Positions 50,301-62,535 are shown, counted from the first letter of the stretch. The stretch: 64,000 bases of DNA from Azolla caroliniana (GCA_043228905.1 JBHGNT010000015.1:16244001-16308000); one strand, 5' to 3'. Numbers and translations: made by a program. The notes: generated from the letters alone by a model not told the origin.

Positions 50301-52897
50301 TCGCAAGCGAAAGAGTTCTTCACGCACTTCCCGTGCATTACGACGTCAAATATATTTTGCTTTAAATTGTTGCACCAACAACTGGTAATTTATTTGCTGG
50401 TTAGGTAGCAAGGACTCATACCAATCCCTTGCTCCTCCATAAAAGGTGGCCACCAATAGAGGGAGTTTCTCGATATCTGCCATCTTCCCCATTCATATAG
50501 CATAATGTTCGAAGGCGGCCAAGAAAGCTCCCACATCTTGGACCCATCACCCACAAAAACAAATTGAAAAGCCATATTGGCTAAAAACAAGCCCTTCCAA
50601 TGATACGGAAGGAATCTACCTCCTTATGATACTAAAAGAATTGACCCTCCATGGAGCGCCAAAATGATGAAGAGATATAAAGAAGAGGAAGAGAAAGGAA
50701 TGTTATATTATACCAATAGGGGAACAATACAAGCTTCTTAGACTCCAACTAAAAACTCAACTACCGCCTTTTATTATTTCTATGACTTGAAATGAAAAAT
50801 AGACCTCCCTCCTACCAAGACTCTTCTCACTTCTTGTTGACCCTATATTCTTCCTCCCCCCCCCTATGGCCAAGAATACCTTCCTATTTGTAGATTTTTG
50901 GTTGCGTTATTCTTGCTTCTTCTTTTTAGAATATACTCGAGTCCATAGTATGAACCATAGTGCCATACGTGCTTTCACATTCGAGTATGTTTCAATCATT
51001 TGAGTATGGTAAATACTATACTTTTATATTCATTATTTATTATAAGGTAAAACTTTCTTTAAAGTAAGAAAGTTAAGGTAAAAAACGTAAAAAAACATAA
51101 GTATGTTTTCATAACATATGCATTCGTTTGCAAAAGTATGAAAAAGAATGTTTGCAAATGCATTCGAGTATGTTGCGTACTATGCTCGAGTCTATGTGAG
51201 GCGTTTTTATACCACTTTTTCTCCTTTGTAATCCCAAATGAGTCATACAAGATAATATAACATAGGGATTTGCTCTCTCTTCATGATATTCTTTTGCCAC
51301 AAAAAAAGATTCCCATTGAGATCCCAAATCACTCCCATACACAAGAACTCCCAAAATAGCAATTCTTCCATCATGAGCTAGCAGCCTCCACAAGATGCGA
51401 AATTATTGATTTCATGCCTCATTATTGTTATTAATATGAACACTCTTAATATTTTCCATGTTATATATTATCACTTGGATTCATGCCTGTCCACTTCAAT
51501 TTTGGAACCATGTAATCACTCTGGACGGTTTTGATTGCATCATTAATAGTGCACATTCCTTTTTGTGATGGGAATAATGCTTTACATGATTGCAATTTAA
51601 CTAAAGGTTTGGGAAATATTTAATATACAAATGAATGCTTTTTAGCCTCTTGGAATTTTCTTAATAGTTATTTCTTCCTGGTTCTTTTGATATTTTTCAA
51701 CATTTTCTTCTAGGTGAATATCAAGCTTGTGGTGAAAGGACATCATGAAAAAATACCACAAATATTGGTCTGAGAACACTGCCTCTTATGAGACAGGCAC
51801 TAAGTGGACAATATTGTCTTGTTCCAATAGCCCAATACACTAGTTACCTCTGTATGATAAAAGATGGTTTACTTGGCATAGCTAAAACATTAAGTTTTGT
51901 TAGTTTTCCAAAGACCAGATGCTGTGCATTGTTTTAACCCAGTTCTAATGGATAATTCCAAAAACCGTTTGTATACCGATTTCTGATAATAACAACTAGT
52001 GTGACATACATAACCTTACTGTCTCACACAAAGAAGAGCATTAAGGAATTCATCCTAAAACACACAAATTTACATACTGCAAAACTGCAACTATGTTTGT
52101 CGTGACTTGAGACAGGAGAAGAAAAATATTTACATCTTCAAAATTCTATTGGATGCTGGACTTTTTGACATGGAATAATTTGCACATGCATGTTATTAAT
52201 TATTTGCATGAGATGATGATCACTTGTGCATAGTGTTTTTTATGAACTCAATGTAGGTGGAAGCCCATGAATTGGAAAGGGCTCAAAGGAAGATCATAAG
52301 GCATAGGGATACTTTTTGGATGGAAGAATTAGAAGTAGAGGAAAATACGTATGTAGAGAAAGAACACAATGTAGAATACGTAATCGAAAGCAGCACTTCA
52401 GGAAGCAGCGATGAATACTCTACAGATGAAGATCATAGTGCTCATCGATTTCCAAAATTGGATAAATCTGTAAAGCAGGATCACCTAAATCCTTTGATCC
52501 TGGGGAAGCCTTTAATTCAGGGTGCAATGAAAGCAAGGTATGTTATTTTTAAGCTCAATGGTTCATGCTGTTTCCAGTAAAAAAAAATTACTGGGCTAAC
52601 AATGAATTGCTGTACAGTGTGAAAAATAGAAGAGCAGATCCAGAACCTGTATTAAGGTCATCCAGGGAAAGTTCGATTGGAGCTGCTCGAAACGTCATCG
52701 ATGTTTCAGTCTTAGAGGTTGAGACTAAACTTGTTTCTCAGAAAATGGAGAAAATAGACATCGATGTGCTAAAAGAGGAAGAAGTGTTTAAAGGTATAAT
52801 GGATGCAAGTGCTGTGAAAAAAAAGCCTGTTAGTCTGCTTGATGCTGTAAAACGCAACAACTTGAAGAAAAACAAAATATACAGTCAAAAGGACTAA
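44344..52897 (+). CDS. RRP45: Exosome complex component RRP45 (EXOSC9/CER7-like), 465 aa, 8 exons
   Basis: GT-AG exons 44344-44489, 45530-45739, 45825-45920, 46008-46122, 46194-46274, 46350-46538, 52257-52537 and 52618-52897 join in frame (1398 nt). Motifs RLDGRRPFDARRL, EVQLGQTH, TEFSPMADP, IDRGLRESRAIDTESLCVLAGK, NLVDAANVAALAAL, MDPTYQEE, GDICSIQK. Confidence 0.93.
47850..49620 (+). mobile_element. Tat-like LTR/gag fragment in RRP45 intron 6 (left arm of inverted repeat)
   Basis: Same family as 41500-43300 (NMAFQFAF...QDVGTFLAAFEH; ANVIASPILRQSSIVHGGQVF), in + orientation. Confidence 0.85.
49625..51240 (-). mobile_element. Tat-like LTR/PBS/gag fragment in RRP45 intron 6 (right arm of inverted repeat)
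   Basis: Reverse complement of the left arm (ORF 49767-50213 against 48938-49207). PBS TGGCGCTCCATGG on - near 50650. Confidence 0.85.
50944..51184. mobile_element. hAT-like MITE (241 bp) inside the intronic LTR fragment
   Basis: TIRs CATAGTA...TACTATG. Perfect 8-bp flanking direct repeat CTCGAGTC at 50936-50943 and 51185-51192. GAGTATG subterminal repeats. Confidence 0.85.
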
Positions 52898-54324
52898 TTA
52901 TAACTTGGTTGTGCTTATATAAGTCATCTGTATTGAACCCAAAAACAACTATGGAATACGATGAGATATATAGCATTTATAATCATGATGGTGAAGAGGG
53001 GGTTAGTTTTGTGCTGAAATGTATAAAGCTATGAGCTATAATTTTTATTGCATGCTACACCTTGCTGGATGGATGGCGTGATGGTTTTGTGTTATAATCA
53101 AAGGAGTTCCCATGAGGCTGTCGGTAAAAAAAAGGTGTTCTGATTCATCCATGCAGCAAGCTGCTGTGCATTGTGGCCAATAGCATCTCAACAGAAAGAT
53201 AGATAGCTGGGCTGTTTTCTTTATCAATGGTGGCGGTTGTTGCCTATTTGTTCGTCGGAGATCCAAAATGATGTTCTTTCCTATTGTATGTACATAATAT
53301 ATGCACTGGGCTGTTGTCACATCTAGAGTTTTTGTAGGTTGTGGTCTACTTATGTTCATCTCATTCCGGTTTATGCCATTTAGATGTATTCTTCTCTTGT
53401 TGATCCTGCTTTGCAGTCTATAGTAGAATTTATTTGCTCTCTCATCAAATTTCAAACTATTGAGTATAATTTACTATTGGAGACTAAAACATAGTGAGTG
53501 GTTGAAGGACAACAATACAACCACACAATGTCATCGCCCCCATCATTCCTACTTATGCCACAATTCAATCAAGGTTACACAAATAGGCTCTTGGCTAGGA
53601 CCTTTCTAAGTGGTTACAATAGATGGGCAATATCACTTTGTTGTTCATGTAGGCCTCAGCCTTGTGGACCATGACCTTATAAGCCTTTTGGGCCTCTTAA
53701 AATATGTAAAATTTTCTCACTTCTACCTCCAAGGATATAGATAGATAGATAGATACTTGGTCTTTTAAGCCTCTTAAACGACAATATACCGTTCTGCATT
53801 TCTTTCTTTCTCACTTTGTTTCTCTCCTAGAATATATATATACATATGGTAGCCACTGTGCATAATCCTTGCAATTGATGAATTCTTGTATACAATTTGC
53901 TGTCCTTTTGACTTGAGTGTAGAATGCCTGGTTTTGCAATATTCAAGTCACAATATAAAAGGGGAATACTTCACTTGCACTGCTTAACCATGTGAAAGAT
54001 GTGCGCTAGCCAATAAGATTCCATAGTAAATGTAGGGCATTCCTTATGCCATTGACTTTCAGACTATCAATTTGTTCAGCAAATTGATATTTCATGATAC
54101 TCCCGAACCATCTCTAGTCTGGCTTTCAAGCTATGCGTAATGCAAATTGAGCTTAAATGAAGGCATCAAGTTAGTGCAACAGATGCTATAACTGGTGGAA
54201 ATTTTGTGAGATTACTTCAAGTTGGATAGACTAGGAGTACAGTATGGCTGACACCTTAGTGTTTGTATTTGGATTACACAGACAAAAGAAGATATTCTTC
54301 ATTAGTAGAATTCTGCTTACACAA

Positions 54325-54487
54325 CAAATGACTAGACTAAAAATATTACAATGGTTGTAGCCATGATGACCTTTGAAAACCACAACTAAGGGAAGTGACG
54401 ACAAAATGACTAGACTAAAAATATTACAATGGCTGTAGCCATAATGACCTTTGAAAACCACAACTAAGGGAAGTGAAAGACTAAAAA
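54325..54487. repeat. Two-copy ~77-bp tandem repeat between the RRP45 and RPB4 3' ends
   Basis: AAATGACTAGACTAAAAATATTACAATGG.TGTAGCCAT.ATGACCTTTGAAAACCACAACTAAGGGAAGTGA occurs twice. Confidence 0.85.
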
Positions 54488-54928
54488 GGAATACCATGAG
54501 ACATTTTACATGTAATGAACATAGAAGTTTGTCCTCCATTCAAATATGACCATGACCTCCTGTTCACCAATGCAAACAATTTTGCTTTGCTTTCCTTTAA
54601 CCTATTCTCCATGTTGGAGTAAAAATGTGGTGGGCCACCTTGGACCTTGTGCAACATTGAGTTTATGTATAAGCAATATTTAATTAATTTGCAGTTAATA
54701 CTAATGCACCTATGTCACCACAATTAGTTAAACAAGGAAAGAGAAACACTGCGCGCACAAATACTTCATTGTCTGCACAAAATGCAAGTTCATTATGATT
54801 GAATAGACAGATTTTCTTAACTTATCTACTATCTGAATAACCTTAGGATAGCATGATTCATATGAGCCAGTCTCCTATCTTGTAAGTACTCAACATGTAA
54901 AGGCATTTACAGCCAGGTATCTCCATGA

Positions 54929-57906
54929 TCACTCGAACTTCTTTATTGTTGCCATATCTGCAAGCATTTGCTCAATTTTTTCATCTGTTAATCCATCCTC
55001 GTCATCATCAGCTTTACTCCTTTTCTGAAAGGGAAATCCGAATAACACAGGGACAAATTTAGCTCAAAAGGGAATAATAATAATAATAATAACAACGATG
55101 TAACGTACAGCAAGTGAAGGAACCAATGCTTTGGCTTCTTCCAACGTGTCAGGACAGAGATTTCCGATGACACACACCTGTAGGAATTAATTTATCAGAA
55201 AAAGAAAGTCAAACAAAAACCATGCCTGCTTGAGAAAACGTCTAAAATGCATCACCTCGAACTCAGCAAGCTGATTCCTGCTGAGCACCCTATAACAGCC
55301 AAAGTTGTCAAGGTTTCAAGAAATAAACAGTGTAAACCCTCAGATGATTTTGGGGTGTCCATTCACAACAGAATATTTGAACTATGTCCACGACCATGAA
55401 CATAATTCAATTTCTAATCTCTATATTTCTGAGAATCATCTACTGCATTGTATCATGTGCATTGTGATTAAATATTTGGGACTAATATTTTAGTTCATCT
55501 GTGAACAATGTTCAAACACAGTGGATACTCTCGAACTTGTTTCACTGCACTTGGATTTTGATAGCGGCTGAAACGCTTTACATACTGCAAAGATTTTTCA
55601 AAAACCCTGCAAAAAAAACAAAAATTATCATAATCAACTTACCCTAATGGTAATGTATTAGACTATCAAAGCAAGGTCTTGGATTCAAATACTCTTCACA
55701 TATTTTTGTAGTAGTATATATGACTTTTCTAAACTACATGCCACATTGGTGCATCAAACTCATAGGCTCAGCCCCACATTTGACAAGTGTCATGTAAACA
55801 CCCATGCATGTGCTATTCGAGAAGGTGACCTGGATCACGAAGGATGTGATGCCATGTAAGAAGACACTAGAACCCTTCGTGGGTAACCCTCATGTAATCT
55901 CCATTTTGAGAATTATCTCTTTCGAGGGAGCTCCTTTGAATAATCATGGCTCAAAACCCTGGCTCAAGGATAGAATTTGGTAGATACTGAAGTGGTATCT
56001 GGTATGGCTAAAGTTCTATGCAATAACTACTGAAGTGAATGAACTGAAGAACACTGCAAGAGAACTATGGAATATGCTGGTTGCTGAACAAACACAGCAC
56101 TATTGAACATCTCATTTGGTTGCGGGTCATACTGGAGGAAAGCAGGCTTAAAGGGAAAACATTTTAATGCTATTCTGCAGCTTTCAAGAAGGCTTTCGAT
56201 ATAATACCAAGGGCAAAGTGATCAGAAAGGACGAAAAAACTTGGAGGTGCCAATATGCATGAGAGAAACAGTTACCTGCTTCTACTAGCTAATAAGCTGC
56301 AGGTTCAATAGAAAGACGCCTATTCTAGAGAAGCCATGAGGGCCATGGGACGGAAACAAGGATGCCCTCTACCACCTCCTCTATTCAGTCAACTGTTGAA
56401 CAACTACAAGTGGTAAACCAAAAGGCCTTAGGAAAGCATGGGAAAAAAATATACGCCATTGGGCATCTCACAATATTGAAGAACCTCAAAAGATAAACAT
56501 ATAATCCAAAGTAAAATTATATAGTCACGTCAATCGCTTAAAGGTTAATGCTAAGACATAGTGCAAATCTAACTTCTTGAGCACACAGTGGCTAACTCCC
56601 ACATCAAGCCAATAAAAGAGAAACTGAAACATCCCTGGTTGATAAGCAATGGTAGTCATCACACCAGATTCACTCAACACTGAGCTGCCCATAAGGATAT
56701 CATAAAACAAGTATAAAAAAAACTATTCCAGCTCAAAACATACTGTGATACTTGAGATGTGGGATCATCAGACATCTGCTGGATCTGTTCATATTTCCGT
56801 TGCAAGATTACTGCCACTTCTGAATTCATCAGGCATTTGGCCTTCTCAAAATCTGTGAAAGAAAAGAAAGAGTATATTAGAAACAATGAGCTTACTATTT
56901 CCTATGAGACTGATTTATTATCTTTCAATCCTGGAATCTGCCAATAAAGCTCTTTCTCCAACCAAAAATCATGCTGAACAAATCTAAAGAAAAATGAACT
57001 AAGCTTAAGTTGAAGATGCTGGTCACTTGAAGTAGGAACAACAATTTCAAACAAACCAGAAAAGACAAGACAATTCATAGCACAATAAGTATCAATATTG
57101 ATCATTATCCGCAAAGGGTCTTAAAGGTCTTCGATATGGGTTTGAAACATTCTTCTGCCCAACTTATATTGTAGGTTTGCACTTTTTGGAGGAAATACCA
57201 CAGGAAACTTGGGCTTTTCAATTATGTATGTGTATGTAAAAGGTATGAGATTGCTCTTTTGACAAAGATGAGACGAACAGCTAGTATTATTTTCATTTTA
57301 GAGGTGATGGCATATCTTGTATGTCTTTTGTCATGTGCCTTTTGTGGGAGCACAGAGTATAATTGTATTTATGTAATATCTTCTTCATTACTTTCTCTTT
57401 GAGAGTTACCATCATACCCCATGGTTAATTCTGCATAGCTCTAAAATACTCATTTTCCAGCGCCAAAGGTGAAATCATATGGACAATGATGCGATAAGTT
57501 ATCAAAACAGAAAACAGCAGCAGGACAGTAATTGGCTATGTTCTCACACACTAAAAATCTTGACTAAGTGATTGGATGAGGAAAAGATGACAAGATGATG
57601 GCACCTACAGGCAATGGTCTTGTATGCACACTTCATCTATCCCTACTCTTGCCGATGATCACATAAGTTCTCTTTGGAAAGGGTTTACCCAAGCAATGAT
57701 GGGATAATTTCAATGCTTTGGGGCAAACAAAGACATAAAAGCAGGCTAATGTGCATGCGCATTAAACTATTAATCAAATTAACTGGTAATGGTTATAAGA
57801 ATGTTTTGATACTAGTGAATGGTAATAGTTATGAGTATGTGTGTGTGTATGTACCTGGACCTAGCTTCAGCTCGGCCGCATCCTCCTCTTCCATGTGGGC
57901 AGCCAT
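54929..57906 (-). CDS. RPB4: DNA-directed RNA polymerase II subunit 4 (NRPB4/RPB4), 145 aa, 6 exons
   Basis: GT-AG exons on - strand 57906-57855, 56852-56744, 55606-55529, 55289-55256, 55177-55109 and 55024-54929 (438 nt) give MAAHMEEEDAAELKLGPDFEKAKCLMNSEV...QVFEKSLQYVKRFSRY...LAEFEVCVIGNLCPDTLEEAKALVPSL...IKKFE*. Confidence 0.95.
55636..55697 (+). mobile_element. tRNA-like SINE head in RPB4 intron 2
   Basis: ACTTACCCTAATGGTAA...GACTATC...GGTCTTGGATTCAAATAC resembles the units at 62130-62190. Confidence 0.4.
56140..56420 (+). mobile_element. Highly decayed LINE RT fragment in RPB4 intron 2
   Basis: TTCAAGAAGGCTTTCGATATAATACCAAGG = FKKAFDIIPR and ATGGGACGGAAACAAGGATGCCCTCTACCACCTCCTCTATTC = MGRKQGCPLPPPLF. 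Confidence 0.7.
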
Positions 57907-58142
57907 GTTTAAATTGGCAGAACAGCAGCAAAAAGGGGAGAAAGACGAAGAAACAGTGGCGGTATGAAGAACGACCAAAAAAGCAGAGAGAACAAGGAGA
58001 TGGGCTGATTCCAGATGAAGCAAAAATAACCAGTATTACCCTACTCTCTTCTCCTCACCATTATGCTCTGTTCTGCTCTCCTCTGTTTTTCTCACGCTTC
58101 ATGGCCGTCTCTGCTCTGTTTCTCCAAGCAAAAGGCTAAAAA

Positions 58143-58378
58143 ACAGTGTTTTGAAGTTTCTGGACGAGTCCAAACCGGTTAAGCCTTAAGCCGTTTTGGA
58201 GTTTCCAAACTTCAACCATACCCGGTTCCTACACGGGTTAAGGCTTAACCGGTTCGGTTTGAGCCATCCCAAATAGAGCTCAAATTGGCTAAGCTCAAGC
58301 CTAAACCGAACCGCCAAACTGTTTTTAAATGGTTTAACGGTTCGGTTCAGGCTTGAGCTTAGCCATTGCCGATTCCTA
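58143..58378. mobile_element. hAT-like MITE(s) with an ~80-bp palindrome upstream of RPB4
   Basis: TGGCTAAGCTCAAGCCTAAACCGAACCG...CGGTTCGGTTCAGGCTTGAGCTTAGCCA inverted pair at about 58286-58365. Right terminus TTGCCGATTCCTA. AACCGG repeats. Confidence 0.6.
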
Positions 58379-58547
58379 CGATGCTCATGGACAAGCTCGA
58401 AGTCTCGTCAGGGGGCTGCCCATCTGAATCCACTAGTGTTGGATCACATACTCGCAAACAATCAAAGAGTTTGTCAAATACATGATGGATTTGTGACGGC
58501 TTTTTAGGATTATGTATATAGGAGAGAACACCAACTCGGAATGAGAG

Positions 58548-58550
<3 letters not shown>

Positions 58551-58592
<42 letters not shown>

Positions 58593-59300
58593 TATGGGAC
58601 TCGAGGGAGCTTTGGTCAAATTCATCATTAATGTTGTTTGTGGAGGATGAGAGAATTTAGATTACTTATGCATATGTAACAAACTTTCGGGAACTTGGGC
58701 ACAAAATCCATCGCACAAATTCTAAAGCTCTTAGAGATATTCTCATATCGCAACACATTAGGATGCGGCATGTAGAGATTCTCTTTGCCCAAATTAATCT
58801 CTCTCCATAGGTATCGCTTATAATCATCATACTTAAACAATCTTATATAATTATCTAATCTCTCATGGTAAATACATGTTATTCCCTTTAGAGTGAGGGC
58901 ATATCGCTTTTATAAGGTAGCCATCTATCTTAGGTATGCGTTTTGCATCATGCTCCCAAGATTCAGCCAAAAATATAACATCAATACATTGTGATACATC
59001 ACTTAACCTTAACGCCTTATCCCATGGATATCCTCTACAATTCCAAAACATGATATTCAAATTCGAGGTATCAGTAGTCCCATGGGTCTTCACTTGCTAT
59101 GCATTTTGCATTCCTTTCCTAGATGCATATGCTTGCCTTCTACGTTCTTGCTCTTTTGGAGTTCGATCCTCCATTATAAAGAAATGTGTACCATTGAAAT
59201 ACACCCTACTACCATCTAAGATAATAGCTCTTTTGCGTTTATCTAGTATTGTTTAAGTTTATCATATTTGGAGCATTCGACCTCCCTTTAGATGAAATGT
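58551..59300 (-). mobile_element. Internally deleted LINE: ORF1 end, endonuclease start, 3' end and (TC)n tail
   Basis: On - strand: ORF1-like FIMEDRTPKEQERRRQAY, then AP-endonuclease start LNIMFWNCRG...IDVIFLAESW (59093-58863), then RYENI...SRKFVTYA resembling the RYADI...PRRLSSYV end of the LINE at about 2290-2380. (GA)n at 58551-58587. The 3'-end block recurs at about 59335-59520. Confidence 0.7.
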
Positions 59301-59956
59301 TGTTGTGCAATCAACATTGTGTGTGTGGGGGGGGGTTCAAATTCATCAATAATGTCATCTGTGGAGATTGGATAATTTACATTGCTTATGCATATGTAAC
59401 AAAATTTCGGGATTGTACAAGAGAGAGAATGAAAATGAGGGATAGATAGTGGGGAGCTTGGCTACGAATTCCAACAACAAATTCTAAAGTTCTTAGATAT
59501 ATTCTCATATCACGACACATTTGATCAAGGAATAGATTCTATTTTTGAAGTGTGAATGAGAGGGTTGGTTATATGTAGCAGACGTTATATGTATGTATGT
59601 ATATATACTTCATAGCATGATAGGTGTCCTTTGGTATGGTGATGGGACAGTGCTTATACAAACAAAATTACATTATCAAATTGTGAGTAAGAAGACTTCA
59701 TATCCTATCCATATCGTAAAGTTATGTCTAAATGTTGAAAAACTAAACAATACTCAAAACTAGCTTGACATTCTCATTGCCATATGATCACGTTATGGAC
59801 TTGGAATAGTCTATAAAGTGCCGACTACCCTATCGAGTTTGATCTCAAACGAATGGTGTGTTTAATGTGGTAGATGTTTTAATTGTACGAAGGGAGAGTT
59901 CTAAGCTAATGTACGTGTTCTCTTAGGAACATATGAACTATATATTCCGTTGTATC

Positions 59957-60418
59957 TGTTGAGATGTTAACCTCAACTTAGTTTAGCCATTTAGTTAACC
60001 ACGTAACTTAGTAGTTACCTAGATAGAATCTAGTTAATGTGTTGACCTTAAAGCCTTGAATAGGATTTTGTACTTGAGTGGGATACATTTTAGATCCTCC
60101 ACTCACATGTTCATTTAATATACGACTTACAGCTTTGTACCTATATTCTCCTCACACATGTGCACCATTGCACATGAGATGTATATATATACCTCATTAA
60201 GGGTATCATTGTATTTTAATGCTTATTAATATAAAGAAAGATATTTAGCTACACTCTTGTTAATCTTCCCCCATTTATATTATTGTTCATAAGTGTATCT
60301 TCCTCTCTCTCTTCCTCTCACACACATACACACACAAATCACATTATCTTCCGTTGTTTTATCAATACTCACATAATTAGATCCTAATTAACCCTAGTTA
60401 ATTACCTAATTATTAACA
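59957..60418 (+). mobile_element. Solo LTR (462 bp)
   Basis: TGTTG...TAACA termini. Perfect 5-bp TSD GTATC at 59952-59956 and 60419-60423. TATATATA box near 60183. Confidence 0.85.
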
Positions 60419-62107
60419 GTATCCAATCCTCTATCGTGAATCGTGATAACACTTTGATACTATGTTGTACTAATATAAATTTGTGTCTTCTCTATTGTCT
60501 CTCTAAATTTAATATTTGTTTGTGAATTCTCTATTTTACACTTAGTAGTTAAAAAACTCGAAATATGATTATCCCCGTGTAGTGATATGTGGGATTATAT
60601 TATCTTCCCTCTCTTCGTAGACTAGCTTGACCCCCATCTATATAATATTTATCTCTTATGTTAATATAAACGTCATCGTGGATCCAACCTTATATCTTTC
60701 TCTCTCACGAAAGAGAGCAACTACAACTTGCAAAGAGTAACCCCTAATTGATTTTATGCAACAAATACTCAGTCAAAGTTTGTCAGTTTACATGCATACA
60801 ATTATTGGGCTATGCACAACACGAAGAAATAATGATGGTATAATTTTTTGTTTGAATGACACCCATTAACATACTCAAAACCAACAAAAGTTCATGATGC
60901 AAATAATTCTTAACCATCACTAGTATGACTCATGTTCATGGTGCATTGTTACCAAACTCAAATCTAACCTTTGCCACCTGCACACTCTAGCATTATAAAC
61001 ATGGAGGTTAGCACGGTTTTGTGCACAAAAGAAGATGTTTGCTTCGTACGAAATTTCACCTAAGACCGTAGAAACATTTACTTTCATGTAGGTGAGCTTA
61101 ATCCTAACCATGATCTCTTTATGATTCAAGATTGTGTAGAAAGATTAACATGACATCCTAATATATCTTGAGCACACATAATATAACATGTCTAAGATAT
61201 GATAATCATTGCAACATTCTCACATCTAGTATTTGCATCTACACATTATTGTGACACTCTAAGCTATACTTATTGTCGCACTCTAAGTATTTGCAAAAAT
61301 GTGACTAGTGCAAAATTGCATCTCTAAGATCCCAACATGACTTCTTCTTAGAGGAAGGAACAAGAGTAACTTGTGTCCATGAATGTTCCCAATGGTAGAG
61401 AAGATGTCTTGGTGGTTGTCGATAGGACGGATGTAAACTCACGAGTTTACAAAGCAGTGTTTATGTCAAAGGTACTCTTCGTGGTGCTCGTGTTGTCTTT
61501 GTAAGACGTCACTGACTAAATGAAGCAAAAGAGAAAGTTAAAGGCAAAAATGAGTAAGATGGACTCACAAGGGGTTGAGACAACAATCGAACATTCTTTG
61601 GTGGTTAGATAGGAGCATTGGGGGTTCTCTTGGATAGGTATTATCACATGACATAGGGGAGCAACTGTCGCATCGATTATTGGTACTAGATATATAATCA
61701 CTATTTTCATTTGTCCAATATGGTAAGGGTGATTCGTTGTGATCATCAATTGTTACTTGTGGGGTGTTGTGAATGACGTTGGCTACAAGAGTCAATTTTT
61801 GACTAGATATGCAATCTTGTGTGCCCATCAATTAGGCATTACTCAGTGGGCTATTGGGCAACATTGGCTTAGCTCCTAAGCGAGGAGGGATGATCGCAAA
61901 TTAGTTATAGGGGTAGATGTAGGACCTCACATTCTAGTCACTATGAAGTTAGATATATACAAGTTAGAAAGTATGTTAAAAACATGAAAGTATGCTAAAA
62001 ACATGGAAGTGTAAGAGTGTAACCTCTATAAGATCTCCCTCTCTCTAGCCCCATCACTCATACTAATGCAATTGTCTCATGGGCCAATTTTGGCCTTACA
62101 AGGTGTT

Positions 62108-62535
62108 AATCTCTCTCTCTCTCTTTGTAGTTAGCTTGCCCTAGTGGTAAGTTGTTACACTATTGGCAATATATCTTGGGTTCGAAACCCAATTTCTCAC
62201 ATGTTTATTACTCTATATCTATCTCTCAAATTTACTCGATGCCACTGTGGAATTAACATCTCTCTCTCTCTCTCTCATCATAATTAGCTTACCCTACTTG
62301 TAAGTTGTTACACTATTAGCACTATATCTTGGGTTCGAAACCCAATTTCTCACCTGTCTATTACTCTACATCTATCTCTCAATTTTACTACCATTGTAGA
62401 ATTAATCTCTCTCTCTCTCTCTCTCTCTCATAAGTTGAGACACTATTAGCACTATATATTGGGTTCGAAACCCAATTTCTCACCTGTCCATTACTCTACA
62501 TCTATCTCTCAATTTTACTGGATGTCACTGTGGAA
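62108..62535 (+). repeat. Three tandem ~130-150-bp units, each with a (CT)n leader and tRNA-like A/B boxes (SINE-like array)
   Basis: TAGCTT(G/A)CCCTA.T.GTAAG...GGGTTCGAAACCC-AATTTCTCAC. B-boxes at about 62178, 62331 and 62461. Unit 3 lacks the A-box part. Confidence 0.75.

Noticed and set aside
53045-53455. 136-aa minus-strand ORF downstream of RRP45
   Set aside because: No recognisable motif or splice support; probably 3' UTR or intergenic.
54929-57906. Assignment as Pol IV/V-specific NRPD4/NRPE4
   Set aside because: The sequence follows canonical NRPB4 end to end and lacks the long divergent N-terminus of angiosperm NRPD4/E4.
43917-58386. Composite hAT transposon carrying RRP45 and RPB4
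   Set aside because: Flanking 8-mers match at only 4/8 and each MITE has its own inner terminus. Kept only as a weaker finding.
62130-62200. Functional tRNA gene
   Set aside because: A/B-box-like motifs are present but I cannot fold a convincing acceptor and anticodon stem; treated as SINE-like.
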